A stretch of DNA of 64,000 bases. It comes from Octopus sinensis (taxonomy: Eukaryota). Below the pieces are notes generated by a model that searched no databases, had not been told where the DNA came from, and was given only the letters and a program-made list of their open reading frames with translations. A program made the position numbers and the translations under genes. Where the stretch lies: the NCBI RefSeq assembly GCF_006345805.1, contig NC_043015.1:42532001-42596000 (forward strand), in the 5' to 3' direction. Of this stretch, positions 1 through 11,661 are shown piece by piece; positions within the stretch are counted from its first letter, which is position 1; each line of letters starts with the position of its first letter.

Positions 1-46
1 ATTTTTCTATCTTCAATTTTCAAGTCTATACTATACTCTTTTCTCT

Positions 47-437
47 CTCTTTTACTTGTTTCAGTCATTTGACTGCGGCCATGCTGGAGCACCGCCTTTA
101 ATCGAGCAACTCGACCCGGGACTTATTCTTTTGTAAGCCCAGTACTTATTCTATCGGTCTTTTTTGCCGAACCGCTAAGTGACGGGGACGTAAACACACC
201 AGCATCGGTTGTCAAGCAATGCTAAGGGGACAAACACATACACACACATACATATATATATATATACATATATACGACAGGCTTCTTTCAGTTTCCGTCT
301 ACCAAATCCACTCACAAGGCATTGGTCGGCCTGGGGCTATATCAGAAGACACTTGCCCAAGATGCCGCGCAGTGGGACTGAACCCGGAACTATGTGGTTG
401 GTAAGCAAGCTACTTACCACACAGCCACTCCTGCGCC
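47..437 (-). mobile_element. tRNA-derived SINE, family A (octopus-type), near full length
   Basis: Minus strand starts GGCGCAGGAGTGGCTGTGTGG (A-box-like) and has GGTTCAGTCCC (B-box-like), an internal TA/CA microsatellite and a conserved 3' body. Further copies or fragments at about 7315-7697, 14640-15090, 15420-15575, 17520-17875, 23310-23515(+), 24770-25165, 25810-26160, 28360-28660, 31185-31548 and 31553-31905(+). Confidence 0.85.
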
Positions 438-967
438 TGTTTGGGTTATGTTATCAGTGTGGCAAGGGTTTTGTTCTACAGTCCCAATTCATCATCATCA
501 TCATTTAACATCCATTTTCCAAGCTGGCATGGGTTGGACAGCTTCACAAGAACAGGCCAGGCCAAGGGCTACACCAGGTTCCATAGACTGTTTTGGCCTG
601 GTATCTATGGCTGGATGCCCTTCCAAATGCCAACAACTCCACTGTGTTGTGGGTGCTTTATACATGGCACCATCGCCAGTGCCTTTTATGTGGCACCAAC
701 ACCAATGATTTTTACATTTACTAGTTTGTTGTTCATCAATCAAGACAGCTTTGTATAAGTGTGTGTTTAATAACGTACCTAACGCGGAGAGATACACCAT
801 GAGACATACTCATACACTCACAGGCAGATATATGGTCATATACTAAATGTGATGTCATGGAATGAAATGTCCTGTTGACAATAGAAAGACTATCTCTATG
901 AAATGTTTTAATCGAAATGAAAATAAAATTTCATATTCACCCTAACCAGCCTTCACATACATATATA

Positions 968-1186
968 TTTCTTTACTACCCACAAGGGGAGAAACACAGA
1001 GGGGACAGACAAACGGATTAAGTCGATTACATCGACCCCAGTACGTAACTGGTACTTAATTTATCGACCCCGAAAAGATGAAAGGCAAAGTCGACCTCGG
1101 TGGAATTTGAGCTCAGAACGTAACAGCAGACGAAATACGGCTACGCATTTCGCCCTGCGTGCTAACGTTTCTGCTAGCTCGCCGCC
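968..1186 (-). mobile_element. tRNA-derived SINE, family D
   Basis: Minus strand starts GGCGGCGAGCTGGCAGAAACGTTAGC and contains GAGTTCAAATTCC (B-box-like). Same family at 8748-9163, 9400-9545, 11807-11950(+) and 24000-24105. Confidence 0.8.
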
Positions 1187-2784
1187 CTATACATATAAGT
1201 ATGTTTAATAACGTACCTAATGTAGAAAGATACACACACTGATACATTCAGAGACAGATAAACAGTCGTATTCAAAATGTGACGTTGTTGTCAGTTGTCA
1301 CGTATGTATATGTGTGTGTGTGTTTAATAATGTACCTAATGTGGAAATACAGCAAGACATACTCATACACTCACACTAGATACACAAGTCATGTACAAAA
1401 TGTGATGTAGTTGTAGTCGTGGTATAAAATGTCCTGTTGACAATAGAAAGATTATCTCTGAAGTGTTACATTGTTTTAATCAAAATGAAAATAAAATTTG
1501 GTATTGATACTGACCAGCCCTCATACATGTAGTGTATTTAATAATGGAAAAACACACTGTGAGACATATACATTCACAGATAGATACAGTCATATACAAA
1601 ATGTGACATCGTAGTGGTTAGAATTAAAAGTAAAAGTATAAAAATGAAACGATGTATCACATTAAATGTAAAATTTGATTTGATTTGGTTGAGCCGTTTG
1701 AGAATGCATTGGGAACAGAGACAAATGATTTTATATATATATATAGATGATACAAATGAACTTCTCTTATATATTTTCAAATGGCTATGGAGGTTCATTA
1801 GTGTAAAATAGGGTCCATAGCTAAGAAAAAGAAGTGGTCAGGGCCCTTTACCTCTAATGGCCCCTCAATAAAATGTACCTAATACACTAAAAAGAACATC
1901 CAACCATAAAAACCATGCATCCCCAGAATTGTAGTGAATGAGTGAGATATGGACCTAAACAAGAACTATCTTGGCGCCAGGATAGAAGCTGGTTGTAAGA
2001 TAACAGTAATAATGGGTTAGGAAAAAAAAAGCAAAAAACAAATTACTACTGTTATTACAAATAGACTTCCTTAATCATGAGGAATGTAATTAATCACTGA
2101 TGATTTAGTAATTATAGAGTCAAGGAGTGGTATGTTCAGTTATGTCTGTTGTCATTGCTTTAACCTTTTCGTTTCTGTATTTTGAGATGCTCTGTATTTC
2201 TTTCAATTACTTTAAATATAACAAAGAATTTAGTAAAATAACTCAGTTATCATTCAGCTAGTGTTAGGAACATATATTGTGACTAAGGTAAGGTGGAAGA
2301 TTTTGATTCAAAACTTGAGAAAACAAGACATTTGTACTGAGAGCCAGAGCTGGTTTCAGCTGGGTTGGTATCAAAAGGGTTAATTTTTTTATTTACCATC
2401 CCTAATAATATTTAAATATAAAAAAAAGAGTAGAATTTCTTTTATATATAACAAATGGTTAAGAATATCCAGTAGAGTACAAATAGGCAAAAAAATAAAA
2501 CTATGTCATAAGATGGAACAAGGCAATTAGAGGTCACTGTTTTCGTGCTGACAATTTGCTCTGTGTTTCTTTCAATTACTTTAAATATAACACGGAATTT
2601 AGTAAAATAACTCAGTTATCATTCAGCTAGTGTTACGAACATGAATTGTGACTAAGGTTTGGTGGAAGATTTTACAAAATTTATGAAAACAAGGCATTTG
2701 TACTCTGAGCTGGGTTGGTAACAAAACGGTTAGTGTCAACTTTGCCATGTGTTAGTCAGAGAGAGTTTATTGAGGCAGATTTTC

Positions 2785-2990
2785 TCAAGTCAGGTGCTTA
2801 TTTAGTTGCCAGCCTAGACCTGATTTCAAACAGTAATATTCCTCTATAGTCAACATGTTTTTCACAGAATATTGGAAACGAATGACTGACGGTAACAATT
2901 GCTTACAACTATCAGGTGATATGAAGCCAAGAAGGCGCAAACATACACACTGGTTCAAGTGTGGTTGTGTCAAAAAGTGTTTTGAAAATA
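2785..2990 (-). CDS. candidate terminal coding exon of an unidentified gene
   Basis: Acceptor-like TTATTTTATTAAATTCTTCAG precedes 2990. The open frame FSKHFLTQPHLNQCVCLRLLGFISPDSCKQLLPSVIRFQYSVKNMLTIEEYYCLKSGLGWQLNKHLT* is in non-repetitive sequence and has protein-like composition. Family not recognised; upstream exons not found. Confidence 0.3.
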
Positions 2991-3354
2991 CTGAAGAATT
3001 TAATAAAATAACTCTGTCGTTATTAAGTTGTTGTCCAGAACCTAAATTAGCTCAAAATTTTGAAGGAAGGTTTTGATGTGAGTTTTCCACTTGATTCTTA
3101 ACCTTTTCTGTGACATGAAAAGTTGGAAGAGTGAAGTGGAAAACACATATATCAGTGTTTATCTCTGACAGAGCAATAGGTCTTGTGGCTTGGTAGAATT
3201 TACTGATTCAGTTTCAAATCTCAGGTAGGGCCAAGTGAGGTCCCACAGAACACTTTAAAACGAGAAGTTTTCCATTATAGAACCAGGGATTTTATTATAC
3301 AACCCATGCAGGTTGTTATCAAAAAGGTTTTTTAAAAAAAGTCTTCAATGTATA

Positions 3355-3705
3355 TAGGTTGGCCGAAAGTCACGTCAACCCCCTACCGAAAAGTAATAAG
3401 AACAATAGAGGGACAATATAATACTATCAAACACATGTAGTGGTTTTAGTATATTCACTTTCATTGATGCTGACACTGTCACACATTGAGAAGGTCTGTA
3501 TGAACACTATTTTCGTGGTACACATGTCCTGTGTGATATTTTACGAAACTTTTGATGTTCATACAGACCTTCTTGATGTGTGAAAATATCAGCATCAATG
3601 AAGGTGAATATACAAAAAACCAGTACATGTGTTTCATATTATTTTATTGTCCCTCTATTGTTAGTACTTTTCGGTAGGGGGTGACAAGACTTTCGGACCA
3701 CCCTA
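3355..3705. mobile_element. Tc1/mariner-type MITE, almost fully palindromic
   Basis: Left end TAGGTTGGCCGAAAGTC mirrors right end GACTTTCGGACCACCCTA; complementarity runs for about 150 bp per arm; TA dinucleotide on both sides. Confidence 0.8.
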
Positions 3706-3769
3706 TAGATCCCTCCTTGCAGTACACAAGAGCAACTGAGTTAAGATAACACAGCTTTCATCATCATCA

Positions 3770-4075
3770 TCATTATCGTCGTTTAACGTCCGCTTTCCAT
3801 GCTAGCATGGGTTGGACGGTTTGACTGTGGGCTGGCGAACCAGATGGCTGCACCAAGCTCCAAGTCTTGATCTGGCAGAGTTTCTACAGCTGGATGCCCT
3901 TCCTAATGCCAACCACTCCGAGAGTGTAGTGGGTGCTTTTACGTGCCACCAGCATGGGGGCCAGTCAGGTGGTACTGGCAACGACCACGCTCGAATTTTT
4001 ACACCTGGGCTAGTCAGGCAGTACTGGCAATGACCTCGCTCAAAATTTTTTACACATGCCAACGGCACTGGTGCC
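3770..4075 (-). mobile_element. SINE or LINE-tail repeat with (GAT)n tail, family C (RTE-like 3' end)
   Basis: Conserved ...GGAAGGGCATCCAGCTGTAGAAAC...CCATGCTAGCATGGAAA..GGACGTTAAACGATGATG. Copies at about 490-710, 4760-5000, 18459-18640(+), 18652-18828, 22550-22850(+), 26995-27150 and 30495-30670(+). The RTE link is inferred. Confidence 0.75.
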
Positions 4076-5759
4076 AGTAAAAAAAAAAAAGCTTTAAGTA
4101 AGATATTCTTATTTTTTACATAAAACTAATTAATTTTTGTCTTTCGAACTTCTCTACATTTCACCTCTTTGTCAGGGAGGGAGGTACAGCACCCATGGCT
4201 TTTTACTCTCAGTTTTTACACAAAACTATTGAATACTTGCTGCAAAGCCTTTATCCTAAAAGTTGCTCATCTCACAAACTTACCTGCTCCACTGGCCCTA
4301 TCCCTCCTCAAATCCACCCTCTTGTACCTTGAGGGTACTTCATCATCACCATCTTCTCTCCCTTATATCTCCTCTACAGCAAGACACCTGCTCTTACCTC
4401 AGTGAAGGTGCATGGTTCAGTGGTTAGGTCATTGGGCTCACAATCATGACGTAGTGATTTCTATGTCCCAGACTGGGTTGAGTATTGTTTTCTTGAGCAA
4501 GACACTTTATTTCACGTTGCTCCAGTTCACTCATCTGTAGAAACAAGTTGTGACATCACTGGTGCCAAACTATCAACCTTTGCTTTTCCCATGGATAACA
4601 TCAGTGGCATGGAGAGGGGAGGCTTGTATGCATGGGCAATGACTGGTCTTACATAAAACAATCTTGCCTGGACTTGGGTCTCAGAAGGAACATTTTAGGT
4701 GCAAGCCCATGGTCATTCATGACCAAAGGGGGTTTTTACTTATTTTACTCTTACCTTGTAATCATCATCATCGTTTAATGTCTGCTTTCCATACTAGCAT
4801 AAGTTGGACGATTTGACTGAGGACTGGCAAAGCAGATGGCTGCACCAGGCTCCAATCTGATCTAGCAAAGTTTCTACTGCTGGATGCCCTTACTAACGCC
4901 AACCACTCAGAGTGTAGTGGGTGCTTTTACGTGCCACTGGCACGAGGGTCAGTCAGATGGTACTGGCAATGGCCATGCTCAAATGGTGTTTTTTATGTGC
5001 CACCAGAGTTTAGTGTCCAATGAAGGAAAGGTATGCATAAGTGGGCTGGTTACACCCCTGGCATAGGCCATGGGTTATGGTCTCACTTGGCTTGCTGGTT
5101 CTTCTCTTGCACTGCATATTTCCAAAGGTCTCGGTCACCTGTCATAATCCACCTTCCTCAATACTTACACCCTACCTTAATAAAGGGGTTTTGTCTTGCA
5201 AGTTTACACAGTAAACTCACTAGTACCAGTGGTATGCAAAACATTGAGTACAGTATGTAAAGTGGTTGATGTTCGGAAGGACATCCAGCTGTCAAAAATA
5301 TTCCAAAGAAGACGTTTGGAGCACAATGTAGTCCTTAATGAGTCAGATCCTGTCAAACAGTCCAACCCATGCACACACAAAATACAAATGCTAAATGAGG
5401 ATTATGATGATGATGATGACTATACAATGTGGAGGAGTCAAATAATAATACAAAAAACGTAAAATTCATTTTAACCCTTTAGCATTTAAATTGGCCATAT
5501 TCTACCTGTTTTACATTCAAAATGACCAGCTCTGGCTTCCCCCACCATCACTTGACAACCAGTGTTGCTGTGTTTACGTTCCTGTAACTTAGCTGTTTGT
5601 CAAAACACACCAATAGAGTAGGTACTAGGGTTACAAAGAATAAATCCTGGGGTCGATTTCTTTGACTAAAGAAATGACCACAGTCACATGACTTAAGTAA
5701 AACAACAAAAAATTATGCCATTTTAATCCTGAGCAACAGCAGGTATCTCTGCTAGTATA

Positions 5760-6320
5760 TCTCTTATATAAAATCTGTTCTGTCTGTGTGTCTTCTAGGG
5801 TCTCGGGCATCCTCCATCCGATTGCGCTCAAATTCGATATGTAGATACCAACGGTATCAGGGCGTGTATAAGTCTTGAAAAAATTACAAAAATCGATTCC
5901 AGGTGAGAAGAGGATCGATAAAGCCGTTGGAACGTGTATTTGTGCGTGCAAGTATATCAGCTGTTGCGATCGATACTACATGTATGCGAGAAAAATGCAT
6001 GTGCAGTTTGCGCAAAAAAAGCCGGCTGGCTTGAAATAATGTCTCAAAATGCAGTATATAGTCTTTTGCATATTTGTGTGAATAAAAGTGTATCTTTATT
6101 TCTTCTTTTGCTGGTGTCTCAAATTTAGGTTAAATCAGTGTTTCTCAAAGGGGAGGGCTATGGGACGGTCGGACAAGTTGTTTTGAGAAAATTTGGTTTA
6201 AATATTCGACAACCTAGCACCGTCCATTGGAGACGGGGGCGTTTTGCTCGTATATATATATATATATATAAACTCAGGGTGAATACTTGATAAATATAAG
6301 CACCTGTATATGCCAGCTAG
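5760..6320 (+). mobile_element. non-autonomous Helitron-like element
   Basis: A|TC at the 5' end, subterminal hairpin CCGTC...GACGG (about 6220-6237), CTAG|T at the 3' end, no TSD. It directly follows another Helitron-like 3' end (5725-5755). Confidence 0.6.
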
Positions 6321-6386
6321 TAGTATAGGTGAGAGGATATATGTATCAAATGATAAAAAAAATGAAAAACAGGACACAAAGGATGT

Positions 6387-6481
6387 TGCGGTACATATGT
6401 TTCGGGCTTTATAGAACAACTTATTCTTCCTTCAATGCATAATCAACCTAACAGATAGTTCAAAAGCCCTCTTCAGCCGCA
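6387..6481 (-). ncRNA. type I hammerhead ribozyme motif, inverted copy
   Basis: Same core on the minus strand; stem II is a perfect GGGCTTT/AAAGCCC. Confidence 0.75.
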
Positions 6482-6571
6482 TGCAATTGCTACACCAAAG
6501 ACTTGTATCACATTATGAAAGGTTTGAGAAAAGGTTATAATGTTACACAAGTGTTTGGTGTAGCAATTGCA

Positions 6572-6666
6572 TGCGGCTGAAGAGGGCTTTTGAACTATCT
6601 GTTATGTCGATTATGCATTGATGTAAGAATAAGTTGTTCTATAAAGCTCGAAACATATGTACCGCA
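6572..6666 (+). ncRNA. type I hammerhead ribozyme motif with minimal stem III
   Basis: TGCGG (stem I), CTGAAGA 6577-6583, stem II GGGCTTT/AAAGCTC, GAAA 6650-6653, palindromic ACATATGT, GTA cleavage triplet 6659-6661, CCGCA (stem I'). Confidence 0.75.
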
Positions 6667-6702
6667 ACATCCTTTGTGTCCTGCTTTTCACTTTATTTCA
6701 TT

Positions 6703-6742
<40 letters not shown>

Positions 6743-8747
6743 CAAATAGTGAGTGATTATCAATCTGGGCAAAATACGTCATAAGCTCTCTGTTAGCACA
6801 CCTGGCTGACAATATTACTTAGATTATTGAAGAACTCCAGGTAATCTTTTAGTAGGGTCCAAAGTTATGGTTCATCACAATTCTATATTGTAAATTTGTG
6901 AATGGATTCAGACAAACAAAGATGCTTTCCTTCACTACCTTGCTACCAAATAGGTGGTCGGTCAAAATTTACTCTGAATTTAAAAGAGAAAGAGAACATA
7001 CATATATACATACAGACAGACATAGACACCCACCCACATATGGCAATCCAATAAGAAAGCTCAAAACTAGTAATTTCATCAAATTTGTTTTAAATATCAG
7101 AGATTATGATTCTGCCAAAGAAATTTTATTTTTAATCTTAAAGTTTTCTGAAAATTATGACTTTTGCAAAATCATAATGCCTGATATTTAAAATATACAA
7201 AGCCAAAGTCTCCTATCTAAACTTTAATTTTAGTTGTATGAAAAGTTGAACGAAAGTACCTACACACAATACAAAAACACCTTTTCCAAAGACATTGTTT
7301 TTTTTTTTTAAATACTCTTTTACTTGTTTCAGTCATGTGACTGTTGCCATGCTGGAGCACCACCTTTAGTCGAGCAAATCGACCCCAGGACTTATTCTTT
7401 GCAACCCTGGTACTTATTCTTTTGGTACCTTTTGCCGAACCGCTAAGTTACTGGGACGTAAATACAGCATCAGTTGTCAAGGGATGTTGGAGGGTACAAA
7501 CAAACATATACAAACACACATATATATATATATATATACAACGGGCTTCTTTCAGTTAGCGTCTACCAAATCCACTCACAAGGCTTTGGTCAGCCCAAGA
7601 CTATAGTAGAAGACACTAGTCCAAGATGCCACGCAGTGGGACTGAACCCTGAACCATGTGGTTGGTAAGTAAGCTACATACCACACAGCTGCTCCTAAAT
7701 GTCTTTAAATATTATGACTGCATCAAGTATTTTTTGCAAAAAACGTTTAAATAAATATTTATAAATACATTTATATCTATGTGTCTATAAATATACATAC
7801 AGATAGTATACACAAACACATGTGTATTTATATATATATATGTTTGTGTGTGTGTGTACATGTATTGTTTGGCAAAATCTAATATATATGTGTGTATACA
7901 GCTTTTTCAAGGAATAGGTTGACTGATTTCGAAATTTTGGCTTGCATGATAAAGGCTTTGGTCAGCCCAAGGCTATAGTAGAAGACACCTGCCCAAGGTG
8001 TCCCACAGTGGAACTGAACCTGGAACCATGTGGCTGAGAAACAAGCTTCTTACCACACAGCCATGCTTATATATATACATATAATGAAAGACCTGCAATA
8101 AAATGAATTTGTTTCCTTTGAACCATATGGCCATTTTTGCTGTCAGAAATTTAAATAATGCCATGTCGTAAAAATACATTTTTAAAATAAAATAAAATGA
8201 ATGCTTATTTTTTTTTAAAACACAATGTATTTTAGAAAAATCAAAAGACTGTTTATTGCTTATGATGACAAATGATGAATATATATATATATATAAAAAA
8301 AAAATTAAATAATGATTTTTTTTTTTTCTGTGAAAATTTGTTGATGCCAAAGTTTTTGATATAGAATGTCTGGGGTACAACCAAGAGTTCAGAAAATAAA
8401 CAGCAGACAATTTTTTTTTTTTTTGAAGTTTTCTTTCTTTTTTCTTTTGTTTTGTTTTAAAGACTTGCTATCTTACATATCTTTGTTAATAAACATATAA
8501 AACATTTTCTCGCAGTTGTGATTTCCTTAATAACATATCAAAGTATTTCAAAATAACGCTGACAAAGAGATAACCTATACTATTTCTGTATTAGAGAACT
8601 AATGACGTTACAGGTACAACTTTCCAGACACAGACGGTTTGAAGCCTCTTATAATCTGCTCTAATTATCGAGAAGGAACTTCAAAATCCCACCAGATTAG
8701 TTTCCTCGTGCCTTGCATAGTACAACAATAATGAACTTGTATCATCT

Positions 8748-9163
8748 ATTTCTTTACTACCCACAAGGGGCTAAACACAGAAAGGACAAACAAGGACAGA
8801 CAAATGGATCAAGTTGATTACATCAACCCCAGTGCGTAACTGGTACTTAGTTTATCGACCCCGAAAGGATGAAAGGCAAAGTCGACCTCGGCGGAATTTG
8901 AACTCAGAATGTAGCGGCAGACGAAATATCTATTCCTTTACTACCCACAAGGGGCTAAACACAGAGGGGACAAACAAGGACGGACAAATGGATCAAGTCG
9001 ATTAAATAGACCCCAGTGCGTAACTGGTACTTAATTTATCGACCCTGAAAGGATGAAAGGCAAAGTCAACCTCGGCGGAATTTGAACTCACAACGTAACG
9101 GCAGACGAAATACCGCTTAGTATTTCGCCCGACGTGCTAACGTTTCTGCCAGCTCGCCGCCTT
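8748..9163 (-). mobile_element. family D SINE with a duplicated 3' portion, flanked by a 17 bp TSD
   Basis: Two tandem units (8748-8928 and 8929-9163). ATGAACTTGTATCATCT (8731-8747) and ATGAACTTGTATTATCT (9164-9180) flank the pair. Confidence 0.8.
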
Positions 9164-9706
9164 ATGAACTTGTATTATCTGTACAGGTATTCCAGTTAAT
9201 TATTCAAGTAAATTTAATATAGAAGGTGAACGCCCTTGATAATCCATAATCTGGAAAGGTTTTGGAACTAAAGGTTCTGGAAAATCTAAGTTGTACCTGT
9301 ACTTTCTAGATATTAAATGAAATTTAGAAATAAGCTATCTGCCCTTGATATGTTTTATATTAATAATGGTTTCAAAATTTGGTACAAGGCCAGTAATTAT
9401 AAGGGGTAAGTTGATCATATTGATCCTAGTGGTCAGCTGGTACTTATTTTATCGACATGAAAAGAGGAAAGGCAGAATTTGAACTCAGAATGTAAAGACA
9501 GATGTTAAGCATCTTGTCTGGCTTGCTAACAATTCTGCCAGCTCACTATTTTGTGTTTTAAATTGATAACAAAAATAATATTTGTCCCCTTTTGAAAGAA
9601 AACAATTTGTGTCCCTAAAAAAGAAAGAAAAAAAAAGAATGTAATAGTAATTTGTTTGAGTCACAGGTTTTGTAAAGTTTGTACTTAGTTGTCATGTATT
9701 TAAATA

Positions 9707-11020
9707 TTATTTCCGTTTTTTGACAGACGGTCTGTCAAAGACTTGTTTCATGCCGCCACCTTTTGATGTATGGAATTTAAGATTTTGTGCAGTGTCGGCC
9801 AGCCAAGGAGAATCGAACTGAGTCGTGTCTTGGTCAACCAAATGCGTATATTTGGTTCGTCCAGAACGACCAAAATTCTTCACCTGCATGACTTTAGGTA
9901 GAATAGTTTTATCAAAATGATCTTCCAAAGTTGGAGCTGAAAAGTCCCGCTTGTAAACAGTGTCTTCTTCGTCCATGAAAAACGCACCCCTATGATAGTA
10001 TTTCTGAAGGAACTTATATCGTCCTTTGGGTGCTTTGTTGGGTATAATCTTGGGATTAGCTCGCTGTTCTGATCGTCTTTCTTCGTCGTTCATGTTTCGT
10101 AATCGGTCGATCTCACCCTTTTCTTTCTCCAGGGCTTCTCGTTCCTCTCGGTCACGCTTCATGCGTTTCAACTCACGGACTTTCCAGGCTTCGTATTCTT
10201 CTTCGTCATTTTCGTCACCCGTATCCACAGCATCACACGGATCTTCCTCCTTCTTCTCTTCTAATTCTTTTCTAGCATCCGTTTCGATTATCTTTAATGT
10301 CTGTCTTCGTCTTTCTTCCACCATTCGTTTCGTTTCGATTTCTTGCTCCCGGGCCCTTAAGTCCTCCTTCTCCTTCTCTTGGATCGTGATTCTGTCTTTC
10401 TTCCTGACGAAAACAGGTTTCAATCTGGGCCCAGTTTCTTCTTCGGAATCGGTATATTCCTCATATTCAGATGATTCTTCATCACTTTCGCCTTCAGATT
10501 TTTCATCTTCGAGGTCCATAACTTCCTCTTCCTCTTCTTCTTTTCTCTGCAAGGCCCGTTGCCTTAATAATTCTCTCCTTCTCTCGATTTCTTCTTCATC
10601 TAGTTCTTCTTCTTCGCTACTTTCCTCTTCCTCCCGCCGATGTCTGTCATCCATTTCATCTTCGGATGCTTCCATGACAACCTCTGGTTCAATAACCTCC
10701 CTACGATGCCTCGTAACCCGATCCTCCACATCGCTATCATCATCAATCGTTCTCTCTTTCAACCGCCTCAGACGAGGATCTTCGGATTTGCTATCAACAA
10801 GAACCGGTTTAGGAGCGTCACGTACCTTCTTCGACCCGAAATTGAACTCGACTTCTTCTTCTTCCTCGCTGCTCGAATCCGGAGCGTAGTCGGGTCTTTT
10901 GCCCGTCACGTACCGATTCACCTTCACCTTTTGCATCGTGATGTCTCCCTTTTCATTCTTGATCGTCACGGCTCCCGCCGTCGACTGGATCGGAATCGTG
11001 TTGTTCACTCGTCCACTCAT
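9707..11020 (-). CDS. MFAP1: microfibrillar-associated protein 1 (spliceosomal B-complex protein), single coding exon, 437 aa
   Basis: Recognisable motifs VKVNRYVTGKRPDYAP, PRLKPVFVRKKDR, EYEAWKVRELKRMKRDRE, KYKFLQKYYHRGAFF-type segment, DHFDKTILPKVMQVKNFGRSGRTKYTHLVDQDTT. Uninterrupted ATG to TAA. Confidence 0.97.
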   Translation of the reverse strand: MSGRVNNTIPIQSTAGAVTIKNEKGDITMQKVKVNRYVTGKRPDYAPDSSSEEEEEVEFNFGSKKVRDAPKPVLVDSKSEDPRLRRLKERTIDDDSDVEDRVTRHRREVIEPEVVMEASEDEMDDRHRREEEESSEEEELDEEEIERRRELLRQRALQRKEEEEEEVMDLEDEKSEGESDEESSEYEEYTDSEEETGPRLKPVFVRKKDRITIQEKEKEDLRAREQEIETKRMVEERRRQTLKIIETDARKELEEKKEEDPCDAVDTGDENDEEEYEAWKVRELKRMKRDREEREALEKEKGEIDRLRNMNDEERRSEQRANPKIIPNKAPKGRYKFLQKYYHRGAFFMDEEDTVYKRDFSAPTLEDHFDKTILPKVMQVKNFGRSGRTKYTHLVDQDTTQFDSPWLADTAQNLKFHTSKGGGMKQVFDRPSVKKRK

Positions 11021-11400
11021 GTTTCAGCCGGAGATGGGGGGAGAAAAGAAAACTTTACAGCATGTAAACAATATCTGATATAAGCAAAGGAGTATTTACC
11101 AATCCAGGTAAACCTCGATAGAGGTACTGTGAGTCAGGAGTAATATCTACTCCCGGTTTGACCGTGTATTCAGCAAAAAGGTGAACGGGGGTCGAGAAAA
11201 ACCACAAATTTCAAAACATGGATGAATTTACACATTAGAGCTAATATTTCCTCCAATTCTGAAGAGTGAAATGCGTCGATTACAAATAGTAAACCAGAGT
11301 TATCTTCTCTTTGGTGATCAGAGCATCGTGTTTGAATTTTGCCACCTGCATGTCTTTGTCGATGATTTATTTTGTGGTTAATTAAGCATGCTCAGGGTAA
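11021..11400. promoter_or_regulatory. putative MFAP1 promoter/5' region, possibly bidirectional
   Basis: Unique, repeat-free sequence directly upstream of the MFAP1 ATG. A plus-strand donor-like GG|GTAAGA lies at 11397. The function is inferred from position. Confidence 0.35.
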
Positions 11401-11605
11401 GATTATGGAACTATTTAAACAAAAAACAAAACAATCACAACGTTAACATTTTAAACATACTAACCATTTCTTTGTTAACAGTTGAAATATATATACTAAC
11501 TCATAACCTTCACCTATCCCGTAAAGGTGATGGTTAATCAATTATCAGTTATCATTATTAATTATTATTATTTATTATTGTTGTTATTATTATTTATTAT
11601 TGTTG

Positions 11606-11661
<56 letters not shown>

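Larger units (their letters stand above)
6344..6707. repeat. long inverted repeat (~170 bp arms, 20 nt spacer), probably inverted Penelope-like pLTR pair
   Basis: 6344-6516 is the near-perfect reverse complement of 6537-6707, and each arm carries a hammerhead motif. Confidence 0.85.

Noticed and set aside
209-800. Short ORFs here and similar ones across 1-35 kb
   Set aside because: They recur as near-identical peptides from SINE copies and microsatellites; not genes.
10026-10889. 287 aa plus-strand Ser-rich ORF (and 10640-11083)
   Set aside because: Antisense shadow of the Glu/Arg-rich MFAP1 coding strand.
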